A DNA stretch of 64,000 nt, taken from Sporopachydermia quercuum. Lineage: Eukaryota. The notes under the pieces are model-generated. The model had not been told where the DNA came from, made no database searches, and was given only the letters and a program-made list of their open reading frames with translations. Of this stretch, positions 11,748 through 24,898 are shown in pieces. Every line of letters begins with the position of its first letter. Positions within the stretch are counted from its first letter, which is position 1. The stretch is taken from positions 930,001 through 994,000 of the forward strand of contig BCGN01000001.1 in NCBI GenBank assembly GCA_001599295.1, in the 5' to 3' direction. Position numbers and translations under genes: made by a program.

Positions 11748-12689
11748 CGTTTTAACAGTTATGTTGAATGTGTTGATGTGGTAAGAGTCACGGTGAAAAT
11801 GTATGGACCGCTCAGACTCTTTCTATATCTTTTCTGTTGCACGTCTTCAGGAGTTTCTATTTAATACTAGGTCAAATATTTCTCCCTAGTCAGCAGATGT
11901 ATCCTTTGATATCAAACAGGTAATAATTTGTAGTATTTCACTTCTGTAAACAACGGATTTCACAGATATAACTGATGTACAGTGACTACTCTACTCTTAG
12001 AATCATAGTAATCTGTTGAAACTGAAGCCTATCAAGTCAACTACCCTCTTTCTGTCAATGACTAATTGTTGTTATAGATATCGCAATATACACTTATAAG
12101 ATAAGATGTGACTATTTATAAAAAGCAGTGATAGCAATCTTTATAATGTCACTAACGATAACATCAACAATGTTAATTAATTATAGTAAGAATAATGAAA
12201 CTATAACTAAACAGAAATCATCAGTTATTATGATAATGATCTCTAAATTGCTGTTGCCTCTGTTTGTGGATTTAGTACTTTCATTTTTTGTGTATGACAA
12301 TCTCCTCTTACTATGAGAGTTTAATTTTGGGNTTTGTTCATGTATGATAAGAACTATTATGAATGCGATATAATCTTGAATATGATAATTATAATAATTA
12401 TAATGAATGTAATATTGTATTTGTATACTTCTATATTCATGAATCATAGAAATAGAATAGTTTATCATTTGTTTATTGAGGATTCGGCATCACAGGTAGT
12501 GGACGGTAGCCTAACTCATACTGTGTGTAAGACACGACTACACATGGTGTGATATGTTGGTATGATATATAACGGTAAATATGATATTCAACATAGAATA
12601 CATGAAGAAAATGTACATGAAAAAAGACAACATGACCAGGAATCTATATACAATTTTTATGATGAGATAAGCTATCGGAGAGTTTATAA

Positions 12690-13312
12690 CTAATCAGTTT
12701 CATCAGCAATTTCTTCAATAGGATCATCAGCAGGGTCAGTGGTTTCATTGGTAGAAGCAGCGGCAGTAGCAGCAGCGGCACTTCTTCCAATAGAATCAAT
12801 CAAAGATTCGGGAGGTCTTATCGAGATCAAAGCAATGATATACTCATAGATTGAGGGTTTGATATTGTTCTTGAAAACAACCAGAATGTCTGACGGATTG
12901 GGGAAAACGGACAAAGCTCTATAGAAAGAAATGGCAGCAGAGACTTCATCGCCTTGCAAAGCAAAGTTTTCACCTTTACTAACTTCACTAACAAAAACAC
13001 GTTCTTGATCTAAACTATCATCTGGAAGAGGAGATTCCTTCAAAGATTCTTCTAATTTTTGCTTCAAATGTTCAACTGACAAGACATTCTTCGCATGACT
13101 CTTTTCGTGTTGCTTGATCTTTCTTCTGAGTTGCTTGCGGAATTCTCTATCGTGTCTTCGACGATAGTCGAAATAAATGGCATAAGCAACTAGGATATGT
13201 TAATAAATAATAACTCTATGGGAACTCACAAAAGATTTCCTCCAATTAAATAATGTTACTTACCACCAGTGACAGCTAATGCCGAAGTGATGATAGCAGA
13301 TTTGGAGGGCAT
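12690..13312 (-). CDS. TOM20: Mitochondrial import receptor Tom20; exons 13312-13264 and 13189-12690 (~182 aa)
   Basis: Spliced N-terminal anchor followed by VAYAIYFDYRRRHDREFRKQLR and FYRALSVFPNPSDIL. Confidence 0.93.
13190..13263 (-). other. Spliceosomal intron in TOM20 (74 nt)
   Basis: GTAAGT ... TATTAAC ... TAG; phase 1, frame restored. Confidence 0.9.
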
Positions 13313-16300
13313 TGTTGTATTTATTTCCTAGAGATTCAATAGAAAACCTGACCAATTACTGTCTGAAATATATTTATAACCGTCCTGGTTCGTTCTTCAG
13401 TAACTTTTTTATCTCAACAACAGGCTGTTATCATTATCAATAGGATAACGGTTGGTTTCTCCATTAAGTGAAAATTCTTATAAAGGAATGATCATAATTT
13501 GTTAAAAATAGGTGGAGGTTCTGGAGATACTTGAGCTATTGATGGTGACATAATATTTAAATGGAACGAGATGTGAAATCAATGCTGAGATTTATTTGAT
13601 TTTGTATATTAGGGAATGAAGGCATGAACATTGAAAGGAAGAAACGAGATTGAAAAATGATAAGACATGAAAGACTAAGAATTGGGATCATAGTTGAGGG
13701 CAATTTGAGATGTTTATAGAGCAATATCTACTCTGCATGACAGTGGGATAACGTTGATATTGAGACGTTTTATTTGATGCGAGCGTTGAGAAGCTTCGTC
13801 TATGGTAACTAATTAGTTCAGTAGCCTAACTAGATAGAAGAGAATCCTTGAACTAACATTGATACGAACTGATATAACTCTGTAAAGTTTATTACCCGAA
13901 TGAATTGTTTCCCAAGGGTGATTTTAGAATTGAACAACCCAATGCAGCCAGGGCTTGACACTCTTCATCTCCGCTGGGAAGGATATTTCAACGTGATTTT
14001 TAGTCATAATTTCAGATGTCTTGTCAGTATATGACAAACAGTTTATTATATTTATTTAATATTCGTCGGAACAAAATTTTCATGTATATTTGAAAATAAT
14101 AATTATCTATTTATATTCTCTCATTGTTAAGTATTCGGCAAATTACTTCAATTAGTGAGAAACAGCTAATTTATGATNCTGATCCTCAAAGAAGGGAAAA
14201 AGTTGTCACACACATGGACGAAAGTTCCTGTGGAGGTGAACATGACTTCGTTGCGATCAACGTCCGTCATTAATATGTGTCGTTCAGGCTTAAAGCATTA
14301 TGGAATATTTATGTTTATTTTCAAATAGACTTCATACAAAGAATCATCAAGGACTAATGGAGCACTGTGATTGTTGTATTTTCCAGCTTTCTATTCATTG
14401 AACTCAGTCCTACAATCTTATCTTCTTGATCAGTGTAGTCTGACAATATACTAATAATCTTGACATAAATAGCAGATGATATCCAACCATTATTTCAACG
14501 TTTCNTTGATTAACAATGGTTAAANAGAACTAGGCAAGAAGGAAAATTGTTAGAACTGTTAAAATTCTTTTTTAGTAAAGTTGTATATCAAGAAATTGTC
14601 CGGGTTGTTGTCAGAGAAATTGCAGGAAANAACGCAGGGCAAAAATCAAAAGCCATTTGATTTTCTCATTAGAGGACAGTCAAAATACAATAAAACTTAC
14701 TATGACTGTTTTGTATGTTTTGCCATCTCATTCGTTATTTGAAGAACTCTTCATTTTTATATTCAACACTGACGGCATGTCAACTATAAACGGTGCTAGC
14801 TAGGGCTTATCCTTTTGTTGTTTGGATTACTCGTCATCCGTGAATAATGAAGGACATCACGGATGAACTTTGTTGCACCGGTTGTTTCACACCAGCCATC
14901 TCCTTAATAGAGACTACTATTAAATATTATCATGCTATCTATTCGAATCTAAAATTAATTCACAATCTATTTATCACTATTTTTTGCCCAGCTGCCGATA
15001 ATTGAACTCTCCTAGCGGTTTAAACAATTCAAGCCACTTGGATAAGCCAAGCCTCATTGTGTGAAAGTATGTACCTTATTCGATTATCTAATCGTTTCGG
15101 CTAATTCACCCTAAGAACATTGAATTATCTCAATGGTTTTTCTTATTGGAGACAGTACACGGATAGGCTACTAGGATGTATTTTCCTCCAATAATCACGC
15201 CAATCGAAAGCAATAAAAGCATTTACAATGTCAGTTCAACTTTCTAAAATCAGCGAACCTGATAGTATATGGAATTTTCTTTCAAAAATCTATTTTGCTC
15301 CTGATACGTAGATGGTAAACGATAACANAATCACTTTCCAGATGCGACATTTTAACTCACCATGATATCAACAGAATAAAGTACAATTCTTGGGCAATAC
15401 TACTAATAAATTGTTAAGAAAGTAAACTATTGAGTTATCTGATATTATGTAATTAATTTATACGTTGTGCTATTGCCTGATTGCGGGGGTGTTAAGGTTG
15501 CTTGGGGAACTTTTAAATTCAACAAATAAAAGTCCGAAAGAAAAACTCGGAACAAATCCTCTTATTACTGAAATATTCGGTTAAAATAGCTGATCACTTA
15601 TCTTTCTGCCAATTTCGATTTATTACGGATTATCAGAATTAATTCATCTAGTTGTCTCGTTATCAATATACTGATGGATTTAAGAAACGTTAATAAGGCC
15701 TGAAACTTTCAGATCGTCTTAATTTCCTTATTTCGCTTTTACGTTAACTTAGGTTTCTGATAGTTGTTTTTTCGGAGATTAGAAAATACTTCTGCAGCAG
15801 TTCTATAATTCGCTAGGTTTAATTTGGAATATCTATTAGAAAAATTAAAGAAAATCAGCAAATGTTATCCCAATAAAGGAATAACAATGTAGAGTAGAAC
15901 TACAGTAGATATTGACGGTGACATTCAGAGAGTGGTTAATTCTCAACGGTTATAAGACTAATCGTTTTAGTGGAAATTGGTCAGAATTTTTCCGAAGTGC
16001 CATAAAATCGCAACCCAAAGAAAGTAGGTTCCAAATGCACAATGATTCATCCAATAGCATCATAGCTATCTTCACTATTTAATATGCACAATTCAATTTA
16101 TCACATTTAATCCCGTAATTCATCAATCAATCAGTTTCAAATTATATTAAGGCAAGATATCTAGGTACCTAGGTTTTAATCAATTGAGTAAATGGTTGGA
16201 TTGATCAAATATCCATTTGGTTCCTGAAAGTATTCATTTGTTCGGGTTTTTATTCTGCCAAGCTAAGTTTCTCAACGGTCAAGTTTCATTATATCGTTAT

Positions 16301-19300
16301 CAACTTATTTTAAACGCCGGTCCTGTTTCCTAAAAGAAGAAAGTTTCAACGGCTCACATAAATTAAAGTAGCCAATGAGAGAACCAGAAACGTCGTTTTT
16401 CTTCTCTCATTTCCTTCAGCTGAAATATACATTTTTGTAAATAATAAAATCATTTGACGAATTTGATTGCTTCCACTTAAGTGCCCTTCAATTATCTGTA
16501 CAGATAAAAGGACAGTAAGTAAGTAAGTTATTTAGGTTATAGTTGGGATCAACTCTTCATGAAAGTATNTATTTTAATTCTTGCATGTCAATAGTTCTCA
16601 TGATGACACATTGATAATTTTGTGAGGGAAAGAAATGTCCTATTATAAGCTGTCAGATAGATTCTACGCATAGCTAATCTACAACCACCACAAAATTGGC
16701 ATTTCATTGAGGCTAAGATTGTTATTAGTTTCTCAGCATGGAAGCCAATTCAACAACGTGAAGTTTGAGGTTCGATGTTTTCTTACATTAGGCGTCCTTA
16801 TGCAACCATGAAGAAATCTGAATACGGTAGTGTCCTGTTCTACTCCTCTCATGGAAAACAAATGTACCTAAGCTTGTTGCTGCCGGGTATCATTCCGAAT
16901 TGTCCGTGTGCATTGGGATGACTTAAACAGTGCAAGATATAAACTAAAGTATCACTAAGGTTTGCGACTCATGTACTTTTTGAATCATAAAGTGTTCACT
17001 TTTTCATAATGTATTCAAACTATGTCTCCTTTAGTACGAAAATAATCCTAAATGAGATATACTAATTGTTTAATTGAAGTTTGTCACATAGTAAAAATAG
17101 GAACGTTCATGCATACGTAATGCAACTCCTGAAACTTCTTTACTTTGTTTGTACCGTATTCTTCAACCTTATACTCTAATTAGATTCTATACTGAAGAAT
17201 AATTTTTCAATTGATATGTGAAATTGTACTCAGATCTTCGTGAGGATCTCCGACTACCAATGGCTTCCACGAGGTAGACAAATCACTGGCTATCGGACAA
17301 AATACGGAAAGTTTAGCTCATCTGAAGCTCAGAAAGTGTCTATCATCAGCGAGAATGATCTGAAATAGAACTGTTTTCAGTTGATAAAAGGTACAATCAC
17401 GATATGCTGCTGAGAATCCTTACCAATGGAAAAAAATTGATGAAATACCTTGGAGAATACCGAAACTATTTTCTAAGTTTTCTAATAGAAGAATATTCGA
17501 TACTATGTTTGCTTATTTCGAATACTAACTATTCAAAAAAGCAATTAGAACAGAGAGAGTAATGGATGGACTTAAGTTCAACTCATTTCTTGATGCATAT
17601 GCTGTTAGCTATCTGAACTTCCCTGTTATTCATGTCCCGTGCAGAAGTACTGGGAAACCATATAGTCCCACCCATTTGCAATCTTTCAATATTACTACCA
17701 CTCCCATTTCTCTACCAAATCATGGCAGGGATTGTTTCATTATAGTTCATTTACTTTAATCGGTGCAATGGGTTTCAATATGATTTTGGAGTATTATATT
17801 GGGGGAATACAAACTTCAGATACCTGGGAACTATGGAGAATATAGAGATATTTTATTTCTTAGATAGTCCTCTGACAATCACTGCAATTATGACTGCTCT
17901 TGAACTTTTCGCTACCGTCCATCCCATTCATATCAAACTGAGAGCCAGCTAAATTATTCCCTTTCTAATGATTTTTTTCATACTTCTAAATTTCACTGAT
18001 TGAACCTTCTATTTGCACATTATTCATATCAGAACCTCATCAGGAGTCGGAAGAAATTGGAATTCCTCAAGCACACTGCACTCGCAATAAAAACTTGATC
18101 CGTACAACTTTAATACATATAAAAGCTTGTAAGCAACCTTAACCAATGTTTTCCAAACGTTATTTTGGTTGTCCTCTTCTAAGAAAATAGAAGAAATTGC
18201 CCTGTGAGAGACATGGTAAGCATTGTCAACAAGGGAACTGAGAAACCAATACGAAAGCTATTTCATTATAGGCTCAATTCATACAAGTTATGTTTATAGG
18301 ATCACCTTTCAGGCNTCATGCCGAGATTAAGGGGGAGATCTCAAAACACTCGTTGGCATTTTATAACATCACGCACCCTAGCTCAATTGAAGGGAAAATT
18401 AGGAATATCCATTGAGCAATGATTTGCTACATTACCTATAGCCAAAAGCCAAAAAATGACTTGTGAAAATCTTAGAATTTCATAGATTAATAGTGAGATG
18501 TTAGATAAATGCGATAGGACAGGTCATAAGCATGCTTTGTCTTAAGAAAACCGCAACATCCTGCTTGGCAAACTGTCAATCCAACTGTCAATTGACTCCA
18601 AAGTAATGCATACAACTAGTTGGAGATTTCACTACGACCTACTGACACTTACTTAGATTTACATATCGATAAGGGCTCCTTTTCATTCCATCTACTTTTT
18701 ATCCTTTACCAACCACCAACAATCAACTAGGTAACTCTCCCATAAGTATCTAAGTAATTTATTTTCATCATGACTGCTTCTCTGCACATTGTTCTGAACC
18801 CACCTGCCTATCTGGCCAACGTTTACCAGCGTTTTGAATTTTTTTGTAACCCTTTGACACACTTTATCTAGTTTCACCATTTACGTATCAAGCCGGTTGT
18901 GACATGTAGATTAATGATAGATACTAAGTGAGATTAAAGCTAAACGTTAAACCTACTAGACCAATTTCAAGGCTAAAATCTGTACTATTGATTTATACTT
19001 TATCTTATTGAAAGAGGTAAGGACATGATTGTTTGAAGAATGTGATGAGCAAAACATAACAGTTCGTATTTGTCATAATATATTTGGTATATTTTGAAGA
19101 AGAAAGTATGATTGTAAATGAAAAACATCAATTTATGTTATGTAATCACTTGATAAAATATCAACATCAAGCCTTGCGTTGTTGTTTTGATTGCTCGAAT
19201 AAGCAAACGTTTTTGGGTAGCTGGCAAAAGTTAGTTTAACGTTTGTCCATATTTTATTATTTCCATTTGATCATTCAAATGTACGCAACGAGCCTTCTCT

Positions 19301-21178
19301 CATGGAACTTTCTCGTCCATACAGATTGAAAGATGAACTAAAGCATAACATTCATACAATGAGAGAAAAAACAGAGAAAATGGTCCAATTTTTACAACAG
19401 ATTATATTGGTTTGGCGATGATGCTGCCAAGTGGGAGATAAAAACTTGAAACAGGATGGATTATATAACTGCTGGTAACGAACCCTATTGNAGCAATGAA
19501 CAAACATTTTCAATATAATAGAGAGAACGAATTACACAAAGAAAAATTGGGCGACAAATCATGTATTTTCATGAAATATGGGCTGTTAAATGAGTTTAGA
19601 ATTACTTGTTATTTGATTAAAGTACCAAGTAAGACAGTCTGGAGATATGACAAGATGTGAGATTATAGGGAAGTCGTATCGTTTGTTGAATTAGTAAACA
19701 AATAAACGAAGATTCCATAATATAGCATGAATCATATTATAATTGGATATTTCAAACTTATGGAAGTGTCAAGCCTCACGAGGTTGATTGCAGTAATTCG
19801 TAGTTATCCACTATAGTGTGTCAATCCGGTTAATCTCTCCAAGGAAGTTCTCATTTGGAAAGCATAGTAATTATTCATTAACTGATTGAATGGATTGAGT
19901 TACGAAAAATTATAAATCAAAACAAACAACTAAAATAAGCCTTATCTCGTTCCTGCTTAGAGGATGAGAAATTTATCAGTATTGAAAGCATGAGAAATTG
20001 ATTTGGCAAGTGCATTAGTTATGTATACAGATATCATTTAAAGCTTACCAGTTTATGAGACTGCCTTCGCCTTGCACAATAAAGAACAAATCTAGTGAAA
20101 GACACAGGAATTTTAAAGACCAAATAATGAAAATGTCAATGTACCTGGCCATTCATGCCAATCACACCTCAATCGGCAACAACTATACCAGCTTTATAAT
20201 CACTATAATTTGGGAAGCCTATCTGAAGAGAGACACTTTTCTTGCATTTGGCTGGAAGTAAATACGAAGTTGTGACGAATCGTATACACACCTATATACA
20301 GAACTGATGATTAGATACGTGGAAAGGCTTAATGGCAAGCCTTTCTATCCAGCCATGAAGGATATAGATCCTGTTGTTTTATTCTTCCAAATTTCTAATG
20401 GCCTCACCACTGTTGCAGTAGGTTCATCAATTATCGTCACTAATTACTTCAAAAATTCAGGAGATTCCTCTATTAAACAGCCCTGTAGTTGCTTATAACC
20501 TTGTACCCATTTTTACTCTCAGTAATTGTTCTCCCACAGTAAATCAAGTAATTTTGCGCGGAAATAGAAAAGGAAGCGTCCCGTATGATAAGTCTATTGC
20601 CGAAGGTTGTGTACATAAGATATTTGAACCAACTAAAACTGGGTAAGCCAATCTAAAATGGGAAGCAACCGTATAAGAGTTTAAATTGTTTGAGGGAAAA
20701 GAATCAAAGTTTAAAACCACATTTTTAGAATCCAAGCTTTACATGTGAATCATACACCCTAAACATTTAAGCTTAACCCCGAACAGTATAAGGTTCACTT
20801 GTCTGGGAAATTGGAAAAAACTTAAACATAAACTTCCGTACTTAATGTACATTTGTAATAATGGAAGTTCGAATTGTTTACTTAATTCTGCTTCCAATTT
20901 TTTATTGCTGGTTCAATAATCTGCCATGGTTGATGGTTTCCATATTCACTTATATTTGTATTGTTTCTCCTTCTTCTTCTCTTTCTCTTCTTTTCCTCTT
21001 TATTTTGATTTACTTNTCCCTATTTTTTTCATTAAACTACTTTTTGTTTTTNATAACCTAGACGTTGTCTTGATATCTAAGGTAATTTGTCCAACTGAAA
21101 CCAGACAGTTCGATAGAGCTTTAGGAACAATTGGTTTTTTCTTGAAGACAAACCTCAAGGTAATAGTGACTGGTAGCC
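13313..21178. other. ~7.9 kb gene-free region between divergent TOM20 and PMA1 (long regulatory region and/or candidate regional centromere)
   Basis: No recognisable protein. Upstream of ~20.9 kb no ORF in the track exceeds 68 aa. It is by far the largest intergenic gap in the window. Confidence 0.5.
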
Positions 21179-23884
21179 ATGTCTGCACCAACTGAACCAA
21201 CCAAAGAGAAGGCAGGATTGCCTGCTGACGAAGATGAAGATGAAGACATTGATGCTTTGATCGAAGAACTTCAATCCGATCATGGAGATGACGAGGACGA
21301 TGATTATGATGAAGATAAGGAAGGAGTCTCCGCAAGACCTGTTCCTGAGGAGTTACTGCAAACAGATCCCCGTGTCGGTTTGACTGACGCTGAAGTCACT
21401 CAAAGAAGAAAGAAATTTGGTCTCAATCAAATGAGTGAAGAACAAGAAAACCTTTTCTTCAAATTTTGTTCTTTCTTCGTTGGTCCCATTCAATTTGTAA
21501 TGGAAGCTGCTGCTGTTTTAGCTGCTGGTCTGGAGGATTGGGTCGATTTTGGTGTCATTCTTGGTTTACTTCTCCTTAACGCTACTGTTGGTTTTGTTCA
21601 AGAATTCCAAGCCGGTTCTATTGTCGAAGAATTGAAGAAGACTTTAGCCCACCAAGCTATTGTTTTGAGAAATGGTTCAATTGTTGAAATTCCTGCTAAT
21701 GAGGTTGTTCCTGGTGATATTCTTCAATTGGAAGAAGGTACCGTTATTCCTGCTGATGGTCGTCTTGTCACTGAAGACTGTTTCTTGCAAGTTGATCAAT
21801 CTGCTATCACTGGTGAATCTTTAGCTGTTGATAAGCACAATGGTGACCCTACTTTCTCTTCTTCTACTGTTAAGAGAGGTGAGGCTTTCATGATTGTTAC
21901 TGCTACTGGTGACGGTACTTACGTTGGACGTGCTGCCGCTTTAGTCAACAAAGCCTCTGGTGGTACTGGTCATTTCACTGAAGTTTTGAATGGTATTGGT
22001 ACTTTACTTTTGATTTTGGTCATTGCTACTCTTTTACTTGTGTGGGTTTCCTGCTTCTACAGATCTGTTCCTATTGTTGATATCTTGAGACACACCTTGG
22101 CCATCACCATTGTCGGTGTCCCAGTCGGTTTACCTGCTGTCGTTACCACCACTATGGCCGTTGGTGCTGCTTACCTTGCTAAGAAGCAAGCTATTGTTCA
22201 AAAGCTTTCAGCCATTGAATCCCTTGCCGGTGTCGAAATTCTCTGTTCCGACAAGACTGGTACTTTGACCAAGAACAAGCTCTCTCTTCACGCTCCTTAC
22301 ACTGTTGAGGGTGTCGAACCTGATGACCTTATGTTGACTGCTTGTTTGGCTGCTTCTAGAAAGAAGAAGGGTCTTGATGCTATTGATAAGGCTTTCTTGA
22401 AGTCTCTCAAGGGATACCCCCGTGCTAAAGCAGCTTTGACCAAGTACAAGGTTTTGGAATTCCATCCTTTCGATCCTGTTTCCAAGAAAGTTGTTGCTGT
22501 CGTTGAATCTCCTGAAGGAGAAAGAATTGTCTGTGTTAAGGGTGCACCTCTATTCGTCCTGAAGACTGTCGAGGAAGACCATCCTATCCCTGAAGAAGTA
22601 GTAGAAGCTTACAAGGATACTGTTGCTGAATTCGCTTCCAGAGGTTTCAGATCTTTGGGTGTTGCCAGAAAGAGAGGTGAAGGTCACTGGGAAATTCTCG
22701 GAATTATGCCTTGTATGGATCCCCCTCGTCACGATACCGCTAAGACTGTCAATGAAGCCAAGAGACTGGGTTTAAGAGTTAAGATGCTTACCGGTGATGC
22801 TGTTGGTATTGCTAAGGAAACATCCCGTCAATTGGGTCTTGGTACTAACATCTACAATGCGGAAAGATTAGGTCTTTCTGGTGGTGGTGATATGCCCGGT
22901 TCTGAAGTTTATGATTTTGTTGAGGCTGCTGATGGTTTTGCCGAAGTTTTCCCCCAACACAAGTACAATGTCGTTGAGATTCTTCAGCAAAGAGGTTACT
23001 TGGTAGCAATGACTGGTGATGGTGTTAACGATGCTCCTTCTTTAAAGAAGGCTGATACCGGTATTGCTGTCGAAGGTGCTTCCGATGCTGCTAGATCTGC
23101 TGCTGATATTGTTTTCCTTGCCCCTGGTTTATCTGCTATTATTGATGCTTTGAAGACCTCCAGACAAATTTTCCACAGAATGTACGCTTACGTTGTTTAC
23201 CGTATTGCACTTTCTTTACATTTGGAAATTTTCTTGGGTCTTTGGATTGCTATCTTGAACAATTCTCTAGATATCAATNTAGTTGTCTTTATTGCCATCT
23301 TCGCAGATGTTGCTACCTTGGCCATTGCTTACGATAATGCTCCTTACTCTATGAAGCCTGTATCATGGAATTTACCTACCTTATGGGGTATGTCCATTAT
23401 TCTTGGTATTATTTTGGCTGTCGGATCCTGGATCGCTTTGACCACTATGTTCGTCAGGGGAGGTGTAAACTCTGGTATTATTCAAAACTTTGGTACCACT
23501 GATGGTGTTATGTTCTTGCAAATTTCCTTGACTGAAAACTGGTTGATTTTCATTACTAGATGTAACGGTCCTTTCTGGTCATCTGTTCCATCTTGGCAAC
23601 TTTCTGGTGCAGTCTTCATTGTTGATATCATTGCCACCTGTTTCTGTATCTGGGGTTGGTTCTGCCCTGGCGACACCTCTATTGTTGCTGTCGTCAGAGT
23701 CTGGATTTACTCTTTCGGTGTTTTCTGCGTTATGGGTGGTTTATTCTACCTCATGTACGATTCTGAAACCTTCGATAATATCATGCATGGTAGACCAATC
23801 AAGAAGCAACCTGAATCCAGAAACTTGGAAGATTTCCTTATGTCTATGCAAAGAGTTTCCACTCAACACGAAAAGGAAGGTTAA
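21179..23884 (+). CDS. PMA1: Plasma membrane H+-ATPase (P3A-type, 901 aa)
   Basis: [23 protein letters not shown] and the regulatory tail [10 protein letters not shown]; strong codon bias. Confidence 0.99.
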   Translation: MSAPTEPTKEKAGLPADEDEDEDIDALIEELQSDHGDDEDDDYDEDKEGVSARPVPEELLQTDPRVGLTDAEVTQRRKKFGLNQMSEEQENLFFKFCSFFVGPIQFVMEAAAVLAAGLEDWVDFGVILGLLLLNATVGFVQEFQAGSIVEELKKTLAHQAIVLRNGSIVEIPANEVVPGDILQLEEGTVIPADGRLVTEDCFLQVDQSAITGESLAVDKHNGDPTFSSSTVKRGEAFMIVTATGDGTYVGRAAALVNKASGGTGHFTEVLNGIGTLLLILVIATLLLVWVSCFYRSVPIVDILRHTLAITIVGVPVGLPAVVTTTMAVGAAYLAKKQAIVQKLSAIESLAGVEILCSDKTGTLTKNKLSLHAPYTVEGVEPDDLMLTACLAASRKKKGLDAIDKAFLKSLKGYPRAKAALTKYKVLEFHPFDPVSKKVVAVVESPEGERIVCVKGAPLFVLKTVEEDHPIPEEVVEAYKDTVAEFASRGFRSLGVARKRGEGHWEILGIMPCMDPPRHDTAKTVNEAKRLGLRVKMLTGDAVGIAKETSRQLGLGTNIYNAERLGLSGGGDMPGSEVYDFVEAADGFAEVFPQHKYNVVEILQQRGYLVAMTGDGVNDAPSLKKADTGIAVEGASDAARSAADIVFLAPGLSAIIDALKTSRQIFHRMYAYVVYRIALSLHLEIFLGLWIAILNNSLDINXVVFIAIFADVATLAIAYDNAPYSMKPVSWNLPTLWGMSIILGIILAVGSWIALTTMFVRGGVNSGIIQNFGTTDGVMFLQISLTENWLIFITRCNGPFWSSVPSWQLSGAVFIVDIIATCFCIWGWFCPGDTSIVAVVRVWIYSFGVFCVMGGLFYLMYDSETFDNIMHGRPIKKQPESRNLEDFLMSMQRVSTQHEKEG

Positions 23885-24883
23885 ATCTTTCAATATTTCA
23901 TTTCATGTTGGAGTTTTGGAGTTCTGAACTAATGACCAATTGAAGGAATTTGTAAAATGCGCCATTCCTTGAAATGATTTCAAGAAATTCTTGATATTTT
24001 GTCAGTAGTTTGGAAGGCTTTCTTTTTTTATATGTTACCTTTTTAGATCTGAAAATTCTATTTATTACTAAGTAATAAATAATATACCTACTGGAGATCA
24101 AGTGGCGCGCTTGGTGTCTTTTTAATATATCAATTAATTATATTTTATGTTTAGAAGACCATGTAATTTAATAGCTGTTCATGATTCGTTACTAATGAGA
24201 ATGTCTGAAACCTGCGATACAGTGTTTATAAGCGGAGATAATTGACTCATATGTTTGTGGCAAAAATCTCTACTTGGCACACAATTGGAAAATGTATCTG
24301 CTAATGCAATTGTTCTTGTGGTTGTGTCTGTAGTTGTGGAACTCATTCTAGTATGCAAATCTTTGTGATGAACATCGTTGGNAGTTCTATTATTACAGAG
24401 TCAAAAGCACACAAAGTGATAATTACTTTCCGAGTTCAGTTTTAAGTGAACTTATGATAATAAAAAGTCCTATATCCACCAACGAGTAATTCATTCTGTT
24501 GAATGCTGGATTCCTTGAATCCAGTAGTACTTCTTGATACCAATGGGACGTACAAACGGAAGTAGGTGGAAAGTTACAAAGATAGAAACGAACATCTACA
24601 GGTGTACTGTTTGTTCATGAAGGTTTTGTTATACATTATGAATGACCGAAACGTTAAAAAAAAAATAAGAGTTAGCATTCACTTTGCCGATCTACTGTAA
24701 CAAAACCTAACGTACAATTAATTTTCTTCGAAACATAGAAGGTTCTCAATAGTATTTCNTTCTCTCCAACTATCACGTTTGAGCAGTTTTAGGCTGTTTA
24801 CTATGAGGTCTCGTCAGTATTACATCATCAGAAAATCTCCCCTACACATTTGCNTATTGTGCATAATTCCACAGGAACATACT

Positions 24884-24898
24884 TATACGACTATACGA
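24884..24898 (-). promoter_or_regulatory. Tandem Upc2/Ecm22-type sterol response elements (TCGTATA x2)
   Basis: TATACGA at 24884-24890 and 24892-24898, about 300 bp upstream of ERG4. Confidence 0.7.

Noticed and set aside
12128..12552. Short Ile/Tyr-rich ORFs on both strands
   Set aside because: Products of ATA/TAA low-complexity sequence in the TOM20 3' region.
20055..20498. Two in-frame short ORFs separated by one stop (possible pseudogene)
   Set aside because: No recognisable motif, and a run of this length is plausible by chance across the window's intergenic DNA.
20960..21061. Pyrimidine tract ending in ATAACCTAG as a PMA1 5' UTR intron acceptor
   Set aside because: No convincing branch site or paired donor; CT-rich tracts are common in strong fungal promoters.
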